A stretch of DNA of 64,000 nucleotides, taken from the NCBI GenBank assembly GCA_965249245.1, contig CBDFLV010000006.1, forward strand, positions 1,927,628-1,991,627, in the 5' to 3' direction. The position numbers and the translations under genes were made by a program. The notes beneath the pieces are model-generated. The model saw only the letters and a list, made by a program, of their open reading frames with translations, ran no database searches and was not told the DNA's origin. This DNA is from Acidobacteriota bacterium (lineage in GTDB: Bacteria > Acidobacteriota > UBA6911 > RPQK01 > CBDAPI01). The first letter of the stretch is position 1. Every line of letters begins with the position of its first letter. Of this stretch, positions 57,835 through 64,000 are shown piece after piece.

Positions 57835-58536
57835 CTATTCGGGAGCCGGTACGGCCACTTTCTCAGTAATCCGCTCCAGCGGAAGGAAGCCGGTCGGGCT
57901 GTCATTCAGGACGAACTCACCTGACTCGTTGGGAAGCATTACGTTCAACCAACGCTCCCCGGTTTCACCCACGAGCTGCGAGAGGACCAGCACCCAGCTC
58001 TCGTCTTCAACCCGAATCGTAGACTGGACAAATCGTTCTTCCTTCAAGAGATACAAAGGTGAATCGGGTGCGGCCTTCCCCAGGGTCACCATGTGGTTCT
58101 TGATAGCTTCCCGCGGAACGACCGAAAGACTTGGAGGCAGAACGGAAGCGCCGTTTGACTGGCCCTGCCACAGCGAGGTCAGGCTCGTAGTTCCAAGCTC
58201 GCCCTGTATCACCGCCGAGGAGTACTGGGGGAGAGCGACGGAGGTAGCAGTGACCGGGGCCAGCAGACTGATCAGCTTGAACAGCGCAAAGAACTTGGCT
58301 TTTTCTGCCAACAGAATCGCGCACGAGAGCAGGACGGCTCCCGACAACGCCTTCAGCATATTGTCACCGACCCTCAGCCAGGCATACATCTGAAGCCATG
58401 TGTCGGAGACAAATACGAAATAGATTGCGGTAGAGATGCCCAGACCTGTGAGACCACTCAAGCCGTAGGATTGGGCCAGCCGATAGCCCAGAAAACTGAC
58501 TAGAACTGCTACGACTGCCAACCAGATGAGCCCCAC
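57835..58536 (-). CDS. Hypothetical membrane protein
   Basis: 233 aa, with 3-4 N-terminal TM helices followed by a soluble domain. Confidence 0.6.
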   Translation of the reverse strand: MGLIWLAVVAVLVSFLGYRLAQSYGLSGLTGLGISTAIYFVFVSDTWLQMYAWLRVGDNMLKALSGAVLLSCAILLAEKAKFFALFKLISLLAPVTATSVALPQYSSAVIQGELGTTSLTSLWQGQSNGASVLPPSLSVVPREAIKNHMVTLGKAAPDSPLYLLKEERFVQSTIRVEDESWVLVLSQLVGETGERWLNVMLPNESGEFVLNDSPTGFLPLERITEKVAVPAPE

Positions 58537-58978
58537 GAGAAGCTATTGTACCCGAGAGGCGGGTCGATGAGACGTGAAAATCGTCACCCTTTTGCAAGAA
58601 TTTCTAGACCCGTTAAAAATTCCGCATTTTCAGTTGTGATCCGTTGTGATCCGTTCCGTGGGAAGGCTCTAACAGAGACGCCTTTCCGTCCCCATCCGTC
58701 TGGCAAAAACGTTCTATCGAGCGCGAAAGACACCACCAGAAGGGAGGGATCCGGTGAGATCAGTTGTAGTCTGACTCGATCGCGAACAAGTGATGTCGTG
58801 TTCTTTTCATGTCGTCAAGGTCAGCGCGCAAATCTTCCAGCGGTCCCCGGATTCATCCCCCGAGGCGGTCCCGTCACTCTAGCCTGGTTGGAACTTGGAA
58901 CGCTGGAACGTTGGAACCTTGGCACCTTCCCCCTAACCGCCACGACAGCGAGCGCTCGAGGCGGTATCATGAATCGCC

Positions 58979-59836
58979 ATGAAACTTACCAGATTCCGAT
59001 TGCCTACGGGTCAGGAAGCAGTTGGTGCTGTCCAGGACGATGTAGTGATGCCGCTGAACCTGTCAGCCCGCCCCCGCGCTTTGCTGGCGGACCTCCTGGA
59101 GGTGGAGGATCCGGAGCGGGAGGTGAACGCACTGCTGGATCCATCCGGATCCATCGCACTGTCGGATGTGACTCTACTGCCCGTTGTCGACCACCAGGAA
59201 GTGTGGGCCGCCGGTGTGACCTACAAGCGCAGTCGCACGGCCCGCATGGAAGAGTCGGAAGCGGCCGCTTCCTGTTACGACCGCGTCTACGCCTCCCCTC
59301 GGCCTGAACTGTTCTTCAAAGCCACGCCCCACCGCGTCGCCGGCCACGGCCAGCCCCTGCGTATTCGAGCGGATTCGGCCTGGAATGTTCCGGAGCCGGA
59401 GTTGACCCTGGTCATGAACTCCAGCGGGCGGCTGGTGGGCTTCACGATCGGGAATGACATGAGCTCGCGAGATATCGAAGGAGACAATCCCCTCTACCTC
59501 CCCCAGGCCAAGGTCTACAACCAGTGCTGCGGCCTCGGCCCCTGGATCACACTGGTCGACGCCATGCCTCCCCTCTCCGGGATCGGCATCGGAGTGACGA
59601 TTCACCGGGAAAGTCAGGTGGTCTTTGAGGGAAGGACCGGCGTAGATCAGATGGCTCGAACCACGGAGGACTTGATGGAGTGGCTGTGGCGGGACAACTC
59701 GTTTCCCAATGGAGTGCTTCTGATGACTGGAACCGGTGTCGTTCCCGAGAGCCACTTCACGCTCCAGCCGGGAGACCGCGTGGACATTTCAATCGATGGA
59801 ATCGGGACCCTGTCGAACCCGGTGGTTCAGGGGTAG
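58979..59836 (+). CDS. Fumarylacetoacetate-hydrolase-family protein (2-keto-3-deoxy-pentonate dehydratase-like)
   Basis: QEVWAAGVTY.RS..AR.EES, RPELFFKA, VPEPEL, GNDMSSRDIEG.NPLYLPQAK. Confidence 0.9.
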   Translation: MKLTRFRLPTGQEAVGAVQDDVVMPLNLSARPRALLADLLEVEDPEREVNALLDPSGSIALSDVTLLPVVDHQEVWAAGVTYKRSRTARMEESEAAASCYDRVYASPRPELFFKATPHRVAGHGQPLRIRADSAWNVPEPELTLVMNSSGRLVGFTIGNDMSSRDIEGDNPLYLPQAKVYNQCCGLGPWITLVDAMPPLSGIGIGVTIHRESQVVFEGRTGVDQMARTTEDLMEWLWRDNSFPNGVLLMTGTGVVPESHFTLQPGDRVDISIDGIGTLSNPVVQG

Positions 59837-59982
59837 GGGAGACGTTCCAAGGTTCCAAGGTTCCAGAGTGGGGGGTGCTCCTTGTTCCTCTGTGGTGAAA
59901 GAAGAGGAACGAATCCTACCGATCCCCGACAAAAAGAATAGCAGCGGCCAGGGCCATTTCTGTAGGATGGCTGCAAAAGGGA

Positions 59983-60954
59983 ATGAATGATATGGGTGGA
60001 GTACTCCCGACCTTGAGCAGAGGAGAATTGCGGCGAAGCGTGCCTCTGTGCGGCTACTCCACGCTGGGGATAGGGGGACCGGCACGCTATCTTGCGACCA
60101 TCCGGAAGGCGGCAGATCTACCTTCGTTGCTGGATTGGAGCGAGGCGGAAAACGTCCGTCGGGTCATCATTGGCGAAGGCAGCAATGTCCTCTTTCCAGA
60201 CTCCGGTTTCCCCGGTCTTGTCGTCCAGATTCTCATCCCGGGAATCGAACGAGAGGGTAACGAGGTCACAGTGGGGGCCGGGGAGAATCTTGGTTCCGTG
60301 ATTGAGTGGCTCAGTCAAAGCGGGTTGCAGGGTATGGAACGGATGTACGGCATCCCCGGATCCCTGGCCGGAGCGGTGGTTGGAAACGCGGGAGCTTATG
60401 GCCAGGAGATTTGCCAGGTGCTGACCGAAGCAACGGTGCTGGGGGCGGACGGCAGGATCACGTCGATGCCGGCGGCTCAGCTTGACCTTGGTTACCGGCA
60501 CAGCCTCTTCAAGCAAGACCGGACTCTGGTTCTTCTGAATTGCCGATTGCGGCTGCATCCAGGGAAAGGTAACTTGCAGAAGATATCCGATGCCATTTTG
60601 AAGGAAAGGTCCAGCAAGTACCCGCCCGGGATGAAGTGCCCCGGGAGCTACTTCAAAAACTTGAAGGTAGAGGAACTGGAAGAGGGTCAACTAGAACGGA
60701 TCCCCACCTCATTCGTGATGCACGGCAAGATTCCGGCCGGCAAACTGCTGGAGGCAGTCGGAGCCAATGGAGCACGCAAGGGAGACGCCGCTATCGCCTC
60801 GTATCACGGCAACCTGATTATGAACACCGGCCGCGCTACGGCCCGGGACGTCGTCTGGCTGGCCCGCAAGTATGCCGGGCGAGTGCACGAGAGCTTCGGA
60901 ATCCGACTCGAACCCGAGATCCGCATCATCCAGGAAAAGGGAGCACAGCTATGA
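59983..60954 (+). CDS. murB: UDP-N-acetylenolpyruvoylglucosamine reductase
   Basis: IGGPA, GEGSNVL, GIPGSLAGA..GNAGAYG, YRHS.F, GSYFKN, H.N, LEPE. Confidence 0.93.
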   Translation: MNDMGGVLPTLSRGELRRSVPLCGYSTLGIGGPARYLATIRKAADLPSLLDWSEAENVRRVIIGEGSNVLFPDSGFPGLVVQILIPGIEREGNEVTVGAGENLGSVIEWLSQSGLQGMERMYGIPGSLAGAVVGNAGAYGQEICQVLTEATVLGADGRITSMPAAQLDLGYRHSLFKQDRTLVLLNCRLRLHPGKGNLQKISDAILKERSSKYPPGMKCPGSYFKNLKVEELEEGQLERIPTSFVMHGKIPAGKLLEAVGANGARKGDAAIASYHGNLIMNTGRATARDVVWLARKYAGRVHESFGIRLEPEIRIIQEKGAQL

Positions 60955-62210
60955 ATGAGCGTCTGATTATCGAGGGTGGTCATCCGCTCCAGGGCGTCTA
61001 TCGAGTCCAGGGGAACAAGAATGCGGCCCTTCCCCTGATCGTCGCTTCCCTTCTCTCGAGCCAACCCGTGGCCCTGCACAATGTTCCGAGGATCGTCGAT
61101 GTCGAGAACCTGGTTCGACTGCTGAATGCGTTGAACGTCAAGACCGACTGGGAGCAAAGCCGCCTGGGGATCGATCCTACCCGCCTCGAGGAAAACGAAC
61201 TGCCAGCCGACATTGTCCACCGCCTCAGAGGAGCGATCCTGCTGCTGGGAGTCCTGGCCCCGCGTGTGGACCTCCTCACCTGTTCCTTACCGGGCGGCTG
61301 CCCGATCGGCCGCCGCTCCTTTCAGGTGCACTGGTCAGTGTTTCGAGCAGCCGGATTCGAGGTCCGTCAGGATCCCGAAAAGGTGGTGATTCGCCGTGAG
61401 CGAGATGTGGACGACCCCCGTGTCTTTCTCGAAGAAGCCTCGGTGACCGCAACAGAGAACGCCCTGATCCTGTTTGCCGGCCTGGGCGGCGGGACGGTCG
61501 AAAACCCGGCCCGGGAGCCCCATGTTCAGAGCCTGATCGAGTTCCTCCAACTGCTGGGCTGCTCGATTGAAGTTGACACTCTGGCGATTCACGTCCGCTC
61601 CGGCGTAGACCGTCCCGGTGCACAGAAGTTCGTTGTGCCAGGCGATTACGTTGATGCAGGGACTCTGGCCATCGCTGCTGCGGTCACTGGCGGAGATGTC
61701 GTGATCAGTGGCGTTACCGGCCGCGACCTCCTGGGAATCTGCCCGGTGCTGAACCGGTTTGGGATTCGACTCACACCGGCTCGGGAATCGGTTTGGACAG
61801 TGCGTGTTGCACCTCGCAGCTGCCCTCCCCAGATCACGGCCGGTGTCTGGCCCGCCTTTCCGACCGACCTGGTCAGCCTGGCCATCGTACTGGCGACCCA
61901 ATCGGAAGGACCATGCCTGATTCACGACTGGATGTACGAGGCCAGGATGTTCTTTGTCGACAAGCTGGCCAGGATGGGTGCCTCCGTCACCGTGTGCGAT
62001 CCCCACCGGGTACTGGTCACGGGCCCCCGTCGCCTGCGGGGAGTTCACCTGGAGTCTCCCGACATCCGGGCGGGGATGGCCCTCGTGGTCGCCGGGCTGT
62101 GTGCGGAAGGGAGGACCGAAATCGAACATGCCGAAGTGATCCGCCGCGGCTACGAAAGAGTCGACCAGCGACTGGCGGAACTGGGAGCCAGTATTGTCGC
62201 GGTCGGTTGA
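60951..62210 (+). CDS. murA: UDP-N-acetylglucosamine 1-carboxyvinyltransferase
   Basis: GNKNAALP, LPGGCPIG.R, SVTATEN, AREP, WPAFPTD, PDIRAG, RGY. ATG at 60951. Confidence 0.93.
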   Translation: MNERLIIEGGHPLQGVYRVQGNKNAALPLIVASLLSSQPVALHNVPRIVDVENLVRLLNALNVKTDWEQSRLGIDPTRLEENELPADIVHRLRGAILLLGVLAPRVDLLTCSLPGGCPIGRRSFQVHWSVFRAAGFEVRQDPEKVVIRRERDVDDPRVFLEEASVTATENALILFAGLGGGTVENPAREPHVQSLIEFLQLLGCSIEVDTLAIHVRSGVDRPGAQKFVVPGDYVDAGTLAIAAAVTGGDVVISGVTGRDLLGICPVLNRFGIRLTPARESVWTVRVAPRSCPPQITAGVWPAFPTDLVSLAIVLATQSEGPCLIHDWMYEARMFFVDKLARMGASVTVCDPHRVLVTGPRRLRGVHLESPDIRAGMALVVAGLCAEGRTEIEHAEVIRRGYERVDQRLAELGASIVAVG

Positions 62211-62253
62211 CTCAGACGTTCCAAGGTTGCAGGGTTCCAGGGACTCCTAGATC

Positions 62254-62344
62254 CCAGCGTGAGTAGGGGGCCAGCGTGAGTAGGGAGCCAGAGTGGGTAG
62301 GGGGCCAGAGTGGGTAGAGGGCCAGAATGGGTAAAGGGCCAGTG
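62254..62344 (+). repeat. G-rich 17-bp tandem repeat (5 units plus a partial)
   Basis: CCAGMRTGRGTARRGRG x5. A single inverted unit sits at about 54056-54077. Confidence 0.85.
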
Positions 62345-62718
62345 TTGCTAACGGGTCAGAGTGGGAGGGGCCTCAGAGTGGGAGGGGCCTCAGGCCGCGA
62401 ACACCGGGTCGTCACGTTCACCATTGCAGGTCGCCGCGCCGAGGCGCCTCCCACTTTCAGATTCCAACGCTCCAGCGTTCCACCCTCCCAGGGTCCAAGG
62501 TCGCGGTCGAGAGAACAGAACGGCAGCGCCTGAGCCTGCCGTTTCCCCAAGGCGGGGGAATAGAACAGGGGGTTTCATCGTATTGTTTGCAACGCCGGAT
62601 CTGAGAATTTTCAGATATGATCTCTGGTGCGAGGCCCGGCAGGAGGGTGCGGCAGTGCGATCACGATTCCGGTCATTGTGACCACCCGGAAGGAACCGGC
62701 GAGGAGATATTGATCCAG

Positions 62719-63745
62719 ATGCCCAGTCAGATCCCGGCACTCGATGCCGTCGGCCCGGCTTTTCACCACACCTGGAGCCAGCTCTTCAAGCCCTTTCGCC
62801 TGGGACTCTGGGCACGCCTGGCGCTGGTGGGAATCGCCACCGGAGAAATTCCCGGATGCGGGGGCGGTGGCGGGGACGGCACCGGATCCGGGGAGGGAGA
62901 CCAGTTTCTTTCGCTGCCGACGGATCCAATCGCCCTGTTCCTGTTGATCTTCCTGGGCGTTCTACTCGGTTTCGTCCTGGTCGTGGGACTCATCTACGTT
63001 GCCAGCGTCTTTCGGTTTGTCCTTTTGGACATTGTCCTGACCGATCGACACAAGCTCATCAAGGGCTGGTGGCGCTGGCAGAAACGCGGATTCAGCTACT
63101 TTCTGTGGCAACTGGTCTTTGCGGCGACCCTGATCGTGACCCTGGTCATCGTGGTGGGAGTTCCAGCCTTTCTAGCCGGCCTGTCCAGCGTCTTTGAAGG
63201 TTCCCGACCCAGCCTTCCGGTGGTGATCCTGCTGGGAATGTGGCTGGGCTTCAGCCTGATGGCCGTCGTGGTCGCGGGACTCGTGGTCTATACTCTGGCG
63301 CGGGATTTCGTGGTCCCGATCATGGCCCTTGAGGAAGTCGGAGCGGTGGAGGGCTGGAGCCGCTTCCTGCCCATGCTTTTGGCCGACAAACTGAATTACC
63401 TGGTTTATATGATCGCCCGGATAGTGCTGGTGATGGCCAGCCTGATCTTCTTTGGAATTCCGGCTCTCATACTGGTGATCGTCCTGTGGCTGTTCCTGGG
63501 AGGAGTGGGGCTGACCCTGTTTTTGACCGGGCTGTGGGCCGAGTGGACCTGGAACTTTTACACGATCGGCGCGGCCATTCTCTTCGGCGGGGCAGCGCTC
63601 CTCATCACGATGTACCTGGTTGCTTTCCTGTGTACACCGGTCGTCGCTTTTTTCCCCACCTATGCGCTCCATTTCCTGGGCTTGCGCTACGCCAGAGTCG
63701 CCGAGGCCCTGAACCGACATCCGCTTCTAGTCCAGGCCAGGGGTG
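62719..63745 (+). CDS. Polytopic membrane protein; no stop codon within the window
   Basis: GAGGAG then ATG 62719 MPSQIPALDAVGPAFHHTWSQLFKPFRLGLWARLALVG..., with many TM helices. The frame stays open to the window end, so it is absent from the ORF track. End coordinate is approximate. Confidence 0.75.
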
Positions 63746-64000
63746 CTAGCCCGGAGCCCGGTGTGGGACATTCCGCGGGCCGGCGTACACAGGGGACCAG
63801 CCGCGACAGCGTTCGTGAAAACGGCCCCTTCACTCGCCAGGCGATCCAGATTCGGTGTCCTCAGGTTGGAGTTTCCCCCGTAGGCATCCATCAGATCGGC
63901 CCGGAACTGGTCGATCATTATGAAGACCACGTTGGGTGGAGTGCTCTTTGGACCCCCGCACGCGATCAGGGCGAGGAGCAAAATGACGATCAGCCCGAAC
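63727..64000 (-). pseudogene. N-terminal fragment of a sulfatase
   Basis: PNVVFIMIDQFRAD, TPNLDRLA.EG..F.NA, CTPARG..TG (CxPxR motif), then an abrupt stop. Confidence 0.82.

Overview
A 64-kb, GC-rich (about 60% by eye) bacterial chromosomal segment, most likely Acidobacteriota. That assignment is an inference from the large multi-domain secreted protein, the meaB-mce-MBL-mtnP-pfkB order and the TonB receptor style. Housekeeping and accessory genes include a Fur-box-preceded FecA-like TonB receptor, SRAP, radC, ligD, mrfAB, a Na+/solute symporter, an ECF sigma-VWA pair, fabI, rnhA, amrB/amrS and murB/murA. Mobile DNA is dense: an IS3 element, an IS1 remnant, a 3.45-kb four-gene Mu-like/ExeA transposon, two copies of a 165-bp CTAG-flanked MITE, four REP/REPIN families, oriented heptamer arrays and two copies of one group II intron. 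The most notable signal is the intron pair. Copy 1 keeps a full RT/maturase but has lost catalytic domains V/VI. Copy 2 keeps the whole ribozyme but has an in-frame 1104-bp deletion of the RT. The 5' end of each copy abuts the same position (CCYA) at the foot of a REP hairpin, from two different REP variants. Many genes are remnants or frameshifted, reflecting erosion and/or assembly error. No rRNA, tRNA or CRISPR array was seen. All family assignments are from motif recognition by eye, not database searches.
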